From positions 1-64,000 of the forward strand of contig CAZNTG010000003.1 of the NCBI GenBank assembly GCA_964575955.1: a stretch of DNA of 64,000 nucleotides, written 5' to 3'. Source of the DNA: an uncultured Thermoproteaceae archaeon (GTDB lineage Archaea > Thermoproteota > Thermoprotei > Thermoproteales > Thermocladiaceae). Position numbers and translations under genes: made by a program. Positions 40,539-49,956 of the stretch are shown here, one piece after another. The notes beneath the pieces were generated by a model that was given only the letters and a program-made list of their open reading frames with translations, made no database searches and was not told the origin of the DNA. The stretch's first letter is position 1. Each line of letters starts with the position of its first letter.

Positions 40539-42245
40539 ATGGTAAGGAAGAGTGTAGTAATTGCGATAACATTAATGATAATAGCAATAGTAGTTGTAGG
40601 CTCAATATCATATATATACTTATCGAAGTATAGACCTTCAAAAATTGTTAAACATATAACTAAACCTACAAAAGTCAAGATAACACCAACATGCAGTATA
40701 TCATGGCCAAACGTTACTGTACAATATGCAAAACTTTTCAAAATAATAAACACAGGAAAGTACTACATAATTATTAAAGATGCTTCAAACCACACATTTA
40801 TACTAGTACCAAATGGCTGTCCAATACCTAAAAATGTCAGTGGAATAGTTCTAAAAGTTCCATTAAGTAGGGTTGTGTACTTCTCAACTACAGAAGTTGC
40901 ACTACTGTACAGAATAGCTGAAGCTCTACATAACATGACACTCTTGAGGAGTATTATTGGAGTAACTTGGAGAGGTGTTTGGTGGATTCCACATATACAA
41001 GACATGGTTAATAATGGAACTATAAAGTATGTAGGATCTTCATGGAATCCAAATATTGAGAAGATTGTAAGTCTAAATCCACAATTGGTAGTAATGTATA
41101 CTGGAATACCAACAATGGTTCAAGTAATGTATAAACTTGAAAAATCTGGACTTAAAGTATTTGTTGATAATGAATGGCTAGAACATACATATCTTGCAAG
41201 ATTTGAATGGATTAAAGCAATAGCAGCACTATATGGTCCAAAAGCATTGAAAGCTAGTGAAGAAATATTTGAGAAGACTGTAAAAACTGTAGAAGAGATC
41301 TATAATAAATGTAGAAATACTAGACCTGTAAAATATGCATGGATGGTAATGTATTGGGGAAAATTCTACATACCTGGAACTGAGAGTTATGTTGTTAAGG
41401 CTTTAAGTAAGATGAATGGTGTATACATATTCGCCACATCTAGATTAGCTAGAGTTGGATCAGTAACTGCAAGTAGAGAATTTATAGATTCAAAAATACC
41501 AAATGCACAGGTAATAGTAATATCAGGATTTCCACCATATACAACATCAATAAACATATACATAAAGACACTACCAGACATGTCAACATCACCTGCAGTA
41601 AAGATGTTTAGAATATTCATGCTACATCCATCATATTGGCAATTAGGGTATGCATATACAGGTCAGGTACTACTACAACTAGCATCAATACTACATCCAT
41701 ACAAGTTTAGAGGTATATATAGAACATTCTTCATACCAATATACTACAACAATATAAATACAACATTTGGAAAAGTTAAGATAATTTGGAGAGGATATTA
41801 CGAGATAGTTAAGGACTACTATAATGATAGTATAATGATAATACCATGGGGATTAATAAATCAGACAAAATACTACAATCCAAAAGTATTTACAGCAATA
41901 GGTAGATTAGAGAAGGATTTAAAGATTGTTAATGCTATAGTTCAAACTCCTGTACATAGAATTGCAATATCTAGAACATGTTTAAAATATGTTGAAGATT
42001 TAGGATTCTCAAAATCTGTAATATATATAGTTAATAAGAGTCTAAATATTGAAAATATAGTCAAACTGAGACCTCAAGTAGTAGTTTTAGATTATAGAAA
42101 TTCCAATATTAGTATTGTTAGAAAGTTGTTGAAGTTTAAAATTCCTGTAATTGTTCTAGATTGTAGTTCTAAATATTCAGGATTTATAATATCACTACTA
42201 TACAACTATCCAGATCTTGGATATATGCTCTATATGTCAAAATAG
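40539..42245 (+). CDS. Cobalamin/iron-chelate ABC transporter substrate-binding protein with duplicated C-terminal lobe
   Basis: N-terminal anchor, VPLSRVV..STT, NIEKIVSLNPQLV, EW.E..LARFEWIK. Confidence 0.85.
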   Translation: MVRKSVVIAITLMIIAIVVVGSISYIYLSKYRPSKIVKHITKPTKVKITPTCSISWPNVTVQYAKLFKIINTGKYYIIIKDASNHTFILVPNGCPIPKNVSGIVLKVPLSRVVYFSTTEVALLYRIAEALHNMTLLRSIIGVTWRGVWWIPHIQDMVNNGTIKYVGSSWNPNIEKIVSLNPQLVVMYTGIPTMVQVMYKLEKSGLKVFVDNEWLEHTYLARFEWIKAIAALYGPKALKASEEIFEKTVKTVEEIYNKCRNTRPVKYAWMVMYWGKFYIPGTESYVVKALSKMNGVYIFATSRLARVGSVTASREFIDSKIPNAQVIVISGFPPYTTSINIYIKTLPDMSTSPAVKMFRIFMLHPSYWQLGYAYTGQVLLQLASILHPYKFRGIYRTFFIPIYYNNINTTFGKVKIIWRGYYEIVKDYYNDSIMIIPWGLINQTKYYNPKVFTAIGRLEKDLKIVNAIVQTPVHRIAISRTCLKYVEDLGFSKSVIYIVNKSLNIENIVKLRPQVVVLDYRNSNISIVRKLLKFKIPVIVLDCSSKYSGFIISLLYNYPDLGYMLYMSK

Positions 42246-42248
42246 TTT

Positions 42249-43277
42249 ATGAGTAGTATTAAAAATATTCTAATTCTATTAACACTATCTACTCTCCTAA
42301 TACCAACATTCATAATATGTACATGTATTGGACCTGTGAATATACCTATTAAATACATATTGAAGGTCTTGATATGTGGTATACTTCATAAGAATGTTGA
42401 TAATAGTGTTATACAGTATTTTGATATTATATGGAGAATTAGAATTCCTAGAGTTTTAACAAGTTTTATAGCTGGTGCATGTTTAAGTGTTTCAGGACTT
42501 CTATTACAGATATTGTTTAGAAATCCAATTGTTGGACCATGGGTTTTAGGTATTGAATCTGGTTCAACACTTGCTGTTGGTTTACTAGTTCTTACTGGTT
42601 CTCTAGTAGTTCCTGGAGGTATTAATAATCCTTGGACACTATTCTTAACATCTCTAATTGGTGCACTTGCTGTCATGTTTGTCGTGTTGTCTATTGCAGG
42701 TGTTGTTAGAAGTATTGTTACACTACTGCTCATAGGTATAATGATAGGCTATATATGTAGTGCAATTTTGAATATCTTAGAAGTATTTGCTAAAAATATT
42801 CAACTACACGCATTTATAATATGGACATTAGGATCTTTAGGATATGTAACTTGGAGAGAACTATTTGTTATAATATCAATATCAATACCCTGCATATTAC
42901 TTACAGGTATTTTAAGTAAGAGTTTGAATGCTTATATTCTAGGTGAAGATTATGCAAAAACTCTAGGTGTAAATATTAGACTTGTTAGAATACTTGTCAT
43001 ATTACTATCAAGCATACTTACAGCAATAATAACAGCATTTACAGGACCTATAGCATTTATTGGACTTGCAATACCACACATAGCTAGACTAATATTCAAG
43101 ACTAGTGATAGTAGAATTCTAATACCTGCAACAGCAATCATAGGCTCACTAATATTATCATACTGTGATCTAATTGCAAGAACAGCATTATCACCAATAG
43201 AACTTCCAATAAGTACAACAACATCACTAATAGGTGCACCAATAGTTATAATACTCCTACTTAGATATAGAAGATGA
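42249..43277 (+). CDS. FecCD/BtuC-family ABC permease
   Basis: RIPRV, LFRNP..P..LG, LGEDYA..LGV, GPIAFIGL..PH. Confidence 0.93.
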   Translation: MSSIKNILILLTLSTLLIPTFIICTCIGPVNIPIKYILKVLICGILHKNVDNSVIQYFDIIWRIRIPRVLTSFIAGACLSVSGLLLQILFRNPIVGPWVLGIESGSTLAVGLLVLTGSLVVPGGINNPWTLFLTSLIGALAVMFVVLSIAGVVRSIVTLLLIGIMIGYICSAILNILEVFAKNIQLHAFIIWTLGSLGYVTWRELFVIISISIPCILLTGILSKSLNAYILGEDYAKTLGVNIRLVRILVILLSSILTAIITAFTGPIAFIGLAIPHIARLIFKTSDSRILIPATAIIGSLILSYCDLIARTALSPIELPISTTTSLIGAPIVIILLLRYRR

Positions 43278-44401
43278 TTTTGAAAGTTGATAAGATAACA
43301 GTATCATACGGTAAGAAGATTGTACTTAAAGATCTTGATATAGAATTTGAAGAAGGTACATTGACAGGTATTGTAGGTCCTAATGGTAGTGGTAAATCTA
43401 CACTATTAAAAACAATTGCAACATTACTAAAACCATTGAGAGGTACTGTATATATAGATTTTAAAGAGATATTTAAAATGAGTAGAAGAGAAATTGCAAA
43501 AACAATATCAATAGTACTTACAGAAAGACCAGATGCTGAACTTATAAAAGTTAGAGATTTAGTAGCACTTGGAAGATATCCATACACAGGAATATTTGGA
43601 AAATTGTCAAATAGAGATATTGATGTTGTTAAAGAATGTTTAAAAATTGTAAGAGCAGAACATCTAGAAGATAGATATTTTACAGAACTTTCAGATGGTG
43701 AAAAACAGAAGGTACTTATAGCTAGAGCACTTGCACAAGAGCCAAAAATATTAATACTTGATGAACCAACAACATTTCTAGATATTAAGCATAGGATGGA
43801 GATAATGTCAATACTTAGAGATATTGCTAAGAAGAAGAATATGATAATAATAGTATCACTACACGAACTTGATATAGCATCAAAATTCTGCGATAAGATA
43901 ATCATAATAAATGATGGTAAAATTGTCAAAGTTGGTCAACCTGAAGAAGTTCTAGATGAAGATACTCTAAGTAAAGTATACTCACTAGATAATGTTGGTG
44001 TATGTAGTCTAGGACCAATATTTGAAATAAAGATATATCCAAAAACTGAAATATTCATAATAGCTGGTCAAGGTAGTGGAGTTAAAATATATAGAAAACT
44101 TGCTAGAAGAGGTATAGGATTTTACACAGGCATACTATACAACTTCGATATTGATTACATAGTTGCAAAAACTATGAATGCTGGTGTATTATGTATAGAA
44201 GATTTTGAAGATCATAGAAAAGCAATTGAAAATGCACTAAAGATCATAGATAAGTCAAGGATAGTCATAGATTCAGGATTTCCAAGAAGTAGAATGTATA
44301 GACATAATGTAGAACTATTAAACATGTGTAGAGAGATTGGTAAAGAAATTTTGAAGATAGACGAGTTAGATATTGATCAACTATACAAAATAGTTAAGTA
44401 G
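43274..44401 (+). CDS. FecE/BtuD-family ABC ATPase
   Basis: GPNGSGKST, LSDGEKQ, ILDEPT, SLHE. Confidence 0.93.
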   Translation: MILKVDKITVSYGKKIVLKDLDIEFEEGTLTGIVGPNGSGKSTLLKTIATLLKPLRGTVYIDFKEIFKMSRREIAKTISIVLTERPDAELIKVRDLVALGRYPYTGIFGKLSNRDIDVVKECLKIVRAEHLEDRYFTELSDGEKQKVLIARALAQEPKILILDEPTTFLDIKHRMEIMSILRDIAKKKNMIIIVSLHELDIASKFCDKIIIINDGKIVKVGQPEEVLDEDTLSKVYSLDNVGVCSLGPIFEIKIYPKTEIFIIAGQGSGVKIYRKLARRGIGFYTGILYNFDIDYIVAKTMNAGVLCIEDFEDHRKAIENALKIIDKSRIVIDSGFPRSRMYRHNVELLNMCREIGKEILKIDELDIDQLYKIVK

Positions 44402-44435
44402 ATAAATATATATTTAAAAATATGCATATTGACAT

Positions 44436-45560
44436 GTGGTAAATATTGAAAATGTAGTTGTTGTTGGATGTGGACCTGCAAGTCTCTCAACATGTAGAAT
44501 ATTGTCTAAGTTTGGAATTAAGACAATACTACTAGGTAGACAGTACATACCTGAAAAACCATGTGGTGGTGGTCTTACTAGAAGATGTGTAAAGATTCTA
44601 AATCTAGTATTTCCAGAATATTTAGAAGTTATTAAATCTAGAATAGATACAGTATATATAATACATAGAAGATGTGTATATAAGATTGAGAGTAGAGAGA
44701 TAATGTATACAACAACTAGGAGAGAATTTGATTCAAAATTTCTAAAAGCAGTAGTAGATTATGAAGGTGTTGAATACATACCTGAAAATGTTGTCAAAAT
44801 ATATAAGAGAGATAGAGTGTATAGGATAGTGACAGATAGAGATACAGTAATTGAATCTAAGATAGTTATCGCAGGTGATGGTGTTTATTCAAAAGTTAGA
44901 CAATGTCTAGAAAATTACAACATTAGAAAACTACCATACGCAGTTAGAACATATTGTAAAGGTTGGAATTTTCAAGATACTGTAATTCTAGATTTCTCAA
45001 AAAATCTAGACTATGGATATTTTTGGATATTTCCAATAGGTAGTAATATTGTAAATATTGGATTTGGAACATTTAAAGGAAATCTAAAAGATATAGATAA
45101 AAAATTGAGAAAATATATAGATAGTATAAATCTAAAAATTATAAGTGACTTAAGAGGTCACGCACTTCCAAAAGATATTAAAAATATAGCAAGTATAGAT
45201 AAGAAAGTTATATATATTGGAGATGCTGCAGGACTAATAGACTACACACTTGGTGAAGGTATAACATATGCAACAATATCAGGAATCTTAGCAGCAATAT
45301 CATATATAAAAAATATGAAAAATCCAGGAGAACTATATGAAAAATATATGAAAAACATAATAATAGACTTGAAGATAGCTAGGAAAAATGCAATACATGT
45401 ACCATACATAGTAGATAGAATACTAGACTTAACAATAAAAAACATAATAACTAGAGGAAAACTAAGTATAGAAATTTTAAATGGAAAAGAGACATACTAC
45501 AAAGCAATTAGAAAACTACTAAACATGAGAGAAGTATTAAAACACCTACTCAAACCTTGA
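44436..45560 (+). CDS. Geranylgeranyl reductase-family flavoprotein
   Basis: [30 protein letters not shown]. Confidence 0.88.
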   Translation: MVNIENVVVVGCGPASLSTCRILSKFGIKTILLGRQYIPEKPCGGGLTRRCVKILNLVFPEYLEVIKSRIDTVYIIHRRCVYKIESREIMYTTTRREFDSKFLKAVVDYEGVEYIPENVVKIYKRDRVYRIVTDRDTVIESKIVIAGDGVYSKVRQCLENYNIRKLPYAVRTYCKGWNFQDTVILDFSKNLDYGYFWIFPIGSNIVNIGFGTFKGNLKDIDKKLRKYIDSINLKIISDLRGHALPKDIKNIASIDKKVIYIGDAAGLIDYTLGEGITYATISGILAAISYIKNMKNPGELYEKYMKNIIIDLKIARKNAIHVPYIVDRILDLTIKNIITRGKLSIEILNGKETYYKAIRKLLNMREVLKHLLKP

Positions 45561-45746
45561 AAACATCAACAACTGATCAATCAACTCAACATGAGCAAGC
45601 AAAACTCTCCTACAACAATACCTCTTAACACCAAGATCATCAAGAACCTTACCAGGATCTTCACCAGCAAGAACACGCTCCTTAAAAATCTCCCAAAGAT
45701 GACCTAAAGGCTTACCACAAGTAAAACATCTAACAGGAATTATCAT
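45546..45746 (-). CDS. rpoN: RNA polymerase subunit N (Rpo10)
   Basis: [12 protein letters not shown]...LG..RYCCRR. Confidence 0.97.
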   Translation of the reverse strand: MIIPVRCFTCGKPLGHLWEIFKERVLAGEDPGKVLDDLGVKRYCCRRVLLAHVELIDQLLMFSRFE

Positions 45747-45817
45747 ACACACATACAAGTCTAGACAAGGTAATAAACCTTACTATATGTCTGGTATCAT
45801 TTTTGTTGTTTCCTGCG

Positions 45818-45847
45818 TTCAATTTCCACAGAAATTTCTGGGAAAAG
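45818..45847. repeat. Left 30-bp inverted repeat (self-palindromic core)
   Basis: TTCAATTTCCACAGAAATTTCTGGGAAAAG; 28/30 identical to the reverse complement of 46222-46251. Confidence 0.9.
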
Positions 45848-45879
45848 GCTTAAAATAAAGACAAAACATGTAACTACTC

Positions 45880-46209
45880 ATGAAGAAGTTTGAAGATTTG
45901 AAGATATGTCCTAAGTGTGGTAGACCTATATCATATATTGAGAAGCATGTTAAGAAGAGTAATGTGTACTATGTTGCTGTTCACTATCTTGGTTATGAGA
46001 AGACTAGTAGTGGTAGAGTTAGAAAGATTGTTAAGAAGTGTTATCTAGGTCCTGAAGATTATAAGTATGTTACTAGACAGCATAGATTTACTCTTCATGG
46101 TTGGATTATTGAGAAGAGAGAGTTTGAATATCTTGAGAAGATTCTTGAGAAACTTGATGAGATTTCTAGAAAGCAGGATGAGATTTTAAGAAGGTTGGAT
46201 AGGTCTTGA
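45880..46209 (+). CDS. Small putative DNA-binding protein: Zn-ribbon/SSV1 integrase N-terminal (ORF D-335)-like domain plus coiled coil
   Basis: CPKCG..ISYIE..YYVAVH..G..KKCYLGP, heptad C-terminal tail; BRE/TATA (GAAAAGGCTTAAAAT) about 25 nt upstream. Confidence 0.75.
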   Translation: MKKFEDLKICPKCGRPISYIEKHVKKSNVYYVAVHYLGYEKTSSGRVRKIVKKCYLGPEDYKYVTRQHRFTLHGWIIEKREFEYLEKILEKLDEISRKQDEILRRLDRS

Positions 46210-46221
46210 TTTTCTATTTCT

Positions 46222-46251
46222 CTTTTCACATAAATTTCTGTGGAAATTGAA
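46222..46251. repeat. Right 30-bp inverted repeat (self-palindromic core)
   Basis: CTTTTCACATAAATTTCTGTGGAAATTGAA. Confidence 0.9.
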
Positions 46252-46274
46252 AAATTAATATAAAAATGCTACCA

Positions 46275-46787
46275 CTATTGTATTAATTGTTTTTTGAGGT
46301 ATGGTATTAGTCCTCCTGATTTTAATATTTCTACTATTTTTGGGTCTAGTGGTTTGAAGTTTAGTTCTATTTTTTGTTTATTTTTCTTTTCTATTATTAC
46401 TTTTCCTTCTAGTAGTCTTATTTCTGCTATGTCTTCATCTTCTGCTATTTTTGTTATTCCTGGTATTATTATGACTGGTAGTCCGTTATTTATTGCGTTT
46501 CTGAAGAATATTCTTGCGAATGATTCTGCTATTACTGCTTTTACTCCTGCTCCTTTTAGTGCTATTGCTGCTTGTTCTCTACTACTTCCCATTCCGAAGT
46601 TTTTTCCTGCTACTAGTATTGTTCCTTCTTTTGCTTTTTCGTAGAAGTTTGGTATTAGTGGTTCCATGCAGTGTTTTCCTAATATTTCTGGTTCTGTATA
46701 TACTAGGTATTTTGATGGTATTATTATGTCTGTATTTATGTTATCTCCAACTTTTATCACTTTGCCACGTATTACTTCTAGATTCAT
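46275..46787 (-). CDS. leuD: 3-isopropylmalate/homoaconitate dehydratase small subunit
   Basis: GDNINTDIIIP, AGKNFGMGSSRE, AESFARIFFRNAIN.GLP, GGL. Confidence 0.92.
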   Translation of the reverse strand: MNLEVIRGKVIKVGDNINTDIIIPSKYLVYTEPEILGKHCMEPLIPNFYEKAKEGTILVAGKNFGMGSSREQAAIALKGAGVKAVIAESFARIFFRNAINNGLPVIIIPGITKIAEDEDIAEIRLLEGKVIIEKKNKQKIELNFKPLDPKIVEILKSGGLIPYLKKQLIQ

Positions 46788-46875
46788 CTATCTTATTCAT
46801 GTTTTTGTGTTTATAAGATATATCTCTAGACTATGTCTATAACTATTTTAATTTCTAAACTTTTCAAAAATTCTC

Positions 46876-47802
46876 ATGTTATCTGTTGGTGTTGTTGGTG
46901 TTGGTAGGTGGGGTAGAAATCATGTTAGAGTTTTGAAAGAGCTTGAAGTTGAGGGTCTTGTTAATCTTAAACTTGTTGTTGATGTTGATGAGTCTAGAGC
47001 TAGGATGATTGCTGATGAATTTAAAATTCCTCACTATAGTACATGTGTTGAAGATGTTTCTAAGTATTGTGATGCTGCTATAGTTTCTGTACCTATAGAA
47101 CATCTATATTCAACATCTAGACTACTTATTGATGATGGTATTCATGTACTAGTTGAAAAACCTGTTGCCTGTAGTTCTAGTCAAATTTTAGATCTTATGA
47201 ATTTGGCCAAGTCTAAGTCTGTAGTTGTGATGCCTGGATTTATTATGAGATTTAATCCAGCTATTATGAAGTTGAGAAATTTTATAGGTAGTGATGTTCT
47301 ATACATATTCTTTAGAAGACTTAGTAGAAGATCATTACAGGCTAGGAAGTATAGCATACTTCTAGATCTTGCTGTTCATGATATTGATCTATGCATGTAC
47401 ATGGTTGGTAGTCTAGATTTAGAGTTGTTGAATAGTTTTGTTAAATATGTTGATAATTATGAAATTTGTCTAATATCTTTAAGATGTGGTAATTATATAT
47501 GTAATATACATGTTGATGATATTTCAAATATTAAAATTAGAGAAGTTGATGTTGTTGGTAAAGATTTCTTCATTAGGTGTGATACTGATAGTTTAAGTAT
47601 ATTGTATAGATATTCTAAAGGTGTTGTTAATGTTGAGAAAGTTAGTGGTGAAGAACCTTTAAAGATGGAGGATAGAGTGTTTATATATTTAGTATCTGGT
47701 AAAGATGTTAGTGATGTACCAACTTTAGAACATGCTTTACAGGTTTTGAAAATTATTGAAGAAATTTCTCGTATATGTTCTATAAAGCTCATAAGAGATT
47801 AG
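46876..47802 (+). CDS. Gfo/Idh/MocA-family NAD(P) oxidoreductase
   Basis: GVVGVGRWG, HVLVEKP, RFNP, DLAVHDID. Confidence 0.9.
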   Translation: MLSVGVVGVGRWGRNHVRVLKELEVEGLVNLKLVVDVDESRARMIADEFKIPHYSTCVEDVSKYCDAAIVSVPIEHLYSTSRLLIDDGIHVLVEKPVACSSSQILDLMNLAKSKSVVVMPGFIMRFNPAIMKLRNFIGSDVLYIFFRRLSRRSLQARKYSILLDLAVHDIDLCMYMVGSLDLELLNSFVKYVDNYEICLISLRCGNYICNIHVDDISNIKIREVDVVGKDFFIRCDTDSLSILYRYSKGVVNVEKVSGEEPLKMEDRVFIYLVSGKDVSDVPTLEHALQVLKIIEEISRICSIKLIRD

Positions 47803-47857
47803 ACTATACATGTGAAATTATTTAAAAGACCTCAATATTTGTCTTATTGAGTAAATT

Positions 47858-49312
47858 ATGGTACCACCTTTAAAGAAATTGAGTGAGTGTGTATGGGAAA
47901 TTCCACAGTCATATAAACCATGTATGAGAGTTCCCGCACGTGTATTTGCTAATGAGGTGTTGTTAGAGAAGATGAAGAGTGATGCAACTCTTGAACAGGT
48001 TGCTAATGTTGCATGTCTACCTGGAATATATAAGTATAGTATTGTACTACCTGATGGTCATCAAGGTTATGGATTTCCTATTGGTGGTGTAGCTGCTATA
48101 GATGCTGATGAGGGTGTTATAAGTCCTGGAGGTATTGGTTATGATATTAATTGTGGTGTTCGTCTAATAACTACAAACTTGACAGAGAAGGATGTTAGAC
48201 CAAGATTGAAACAGCTTGTAGATACTATATTTAGTCTAGTACCTGCAGGTCTCGGTGAGCGTGGTCTACTTAGACTATCTATAGATGAGCTTGATAGAGT
48301 ACTCGAGGAAGGCTGTGAATGGGCTGTAAAGAAGGGGTATGGATGGGCTGAAGATCTTGAATATATTGAAGAGCGTGGTAGTTGGAATCTTGCTGATGCT
48401 AGTAAGGTTAGTAATAGAGCTAAGCAGAGAGGTAAAGATCAGCTAGGAACTGTGGGTAGTGGTAATCACTTCGTTGAGATTCAGAAAGTTGACAAGATAT
48501 TTGATAAGAAAGCTGCAGAGATCATGGGAATATATGAGGAAGGTCAGATAACAGTGATGATACATACGGGAAGTAGAGGTCTTGGTCATCAAGTAGCTAC
48601 AGACTACTTGAGAGTTTTTGAAGCAGGTATGAGAAGATGGGGTTTAAGATTACCTGACCGTGAGCTAGCTGCAGCACCATTAAAGACACGTGAAGCACAG
48701 GACTATATTGCAGCTATGGCTGCAGCAGCAAACTTCGCATGGACTAACAGGCAGATAATAATGCACTGGGTTCGTGAAGGTTTTAGAAAAGTCTTCGGTA
48801 AAGATCCTGATAAGCTTGGAATGTACTTAGTGTATGATGTTGCTCACAATATTGCAAAACTTGAAGAACATGTTGTAGATGATAGAGGAACTGTGAGGAA
48901 GGTGTGGGTTCACCGTAAAGGTGCTACTAGAGCATTTCCTGCAGGTAGACCTGAAATACCTGCTAAGTATAAAGATATTGGACAGCCTGTCCTAATACCT
49001 GGAAGTATGGGTACTGCAAGTTGGGTACTTCTAGGAACTGAAGAAGCTATGAAGATAACATTTGGAACATCACCACATGGTGCAGGTAGAACTATGAGTA
49101 GAGAAGCTGCAATTAGAACATTACCACCAAGTAAGGTTAGAGCTGAACTTGAAGCTAAGGGTATATATGTGAGAGTTGCAGAGTCTGAAATTATTAGTGA
49201 GGAAGCACCACAAGCATATAAGAATGTTGATATTGTTGCTGAGGTAACTATAAAGGTTGGAATTGCAAAACCAGTAGTTAGACTTGTACCGTTGGGAGTG
49301 ATTAAAGGATAG
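47858..49312 (+). CDS. rtcB: RNA-splicing ligase RtcB (no intein)
   Basis: PDGHQGYGFPIGG, GYDINCG, GSGNHF, HTGSRG, HN, HRKGAT, PGSMG, HGAGR. Confidence 0.98.
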   Translation: MVPPLKKLSECVWEIPQSYKPCMRVPARVFANEVLLEKMKSDATLEQVANVACLPGIYKYSIVLPDGHQGYGFPIGGVAAIDADEGVISPGGIGYDINCGVRLITTNLTEKDVRPRLKQLVDTIFSLVPAGLGERGLLRLSIDELDRVLEEGCEWAVKKGYGWAEDLEYIEERGSWNLADASKVSNRAKQRGKDQLGTVGSGNHFVEIQKVDKIFDKKAAEIMGIYEEGQITVMIHTGSRGLGHQVATDYLRVFEAGMRRWGLRLPDRELAAAPLKTREAQDYIAAMAAAANFAWTNRQIIMHWVREGFRKVFGKDPDKLGMYLVYDVAHNIAKLEEHVVDDRGTVRKVWVHRKGATRAFPAGRPEIPAKYKDIGQPVLIPGSMGTASWVLLGTEEAMKITFGTSPHGAGRTMSREAAIRTLPPSKVRAELEAKGIYVRVAESEIISEEAPQAYKNVDIVAEVTIKVGIAKPVVRLVPLGVIKG

Positions 49313-49343
49313 AGTATTAATACTTCACTCCACATAGAGCATA

Positions 49344-49901
49344 TTGATGTCTTTTGTAGAGATTGAAAATTTCTACTACCTACTACATCCAAGACCTGTA
49401 GTACTTGTAGTTACCTGTAGTAGAGATGGTAGAATTAACGTCATGACTGCAAGTTGGATTACACCAATAGCAGAGGATGAGCCTACTATAGGTATTGCAA
49501 TTTCTAGAGAACATTTCACTAGAAAGCTTCTAGATGAAGTTCCTGAATTTACAGTAAACATACCTTCACTAGAGTTGATAGATAAGGTATGGAAAGCAGG
49601 TACTGTTAGTGGTCGTGATGTTGATAAATCTAAAATACTTAATTTAAAATTTGGAAAATCTGAGAAAGTTAGACCACCAATTATTGAAGATTGTATTGGA
49701 TATATAGAAGCTAGAGTTAGACAGATAATACCTATTGGTGAAGTAGATTTCATTATTGGTGATGTACTTATAGCTAAGGTTAAGAGAGAATTTTTATATA
49801 AAGGATCGTATATAGATTATAGAAAAGCTAAAAATCTACTACATGTTTCAGGTAGAGCATTTACATACATGACTGAGGTTGTCTATCCTAGTGAGAAGTA
49901 G
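49344..49901 (+). CDS. Flavin reductase (DIM6/NTAB/flavoredoxin) family protein
   Basis: LLHPRPV, NVMTASW, EFTVNIP, GTVSGRDVDK, P.IEDC. Confidence 0.88.
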   Translation: MMSFVEIENFYYLLHPRPVVLVVTCSRDGRINVMTASWITPIAEDEPTIGIAISREHFTRKLLDEVPEFTVNIPSLELIDKVWKAGTVSGRDVDKSKILNLKFGKSEKVRPPIIEDCIGYIEARVRQIIPIGEVDFIIGDVLIAKVKREFLYKGSYIDYRKAKNLLHVSGRAFTYMTEVVYPSEK

Positions 49902-49956
49902 TTTCTTAAAATTCTAAATTAAGAATATTTTTAACACTATACACATTGTCTATCTA

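Noticed and set aside
45821-45845. Canonical ORB element
   Set aside because: TTTCCACAGAAAT resembles a mini-ORB but the spacing is one base short and there is no G-string, so it was not called.
45818-46251. Classical IS element or MITE
   Set aside because: No transposase motifs, no target-site duplication and no second copy in the window. Retained only as an unexplained cassette.
47895-47910. TGGGAAATTCCACAG in rtcB resembling the cassette dyad
   Set aside because: Partial match explained by the WEIPQ codons.
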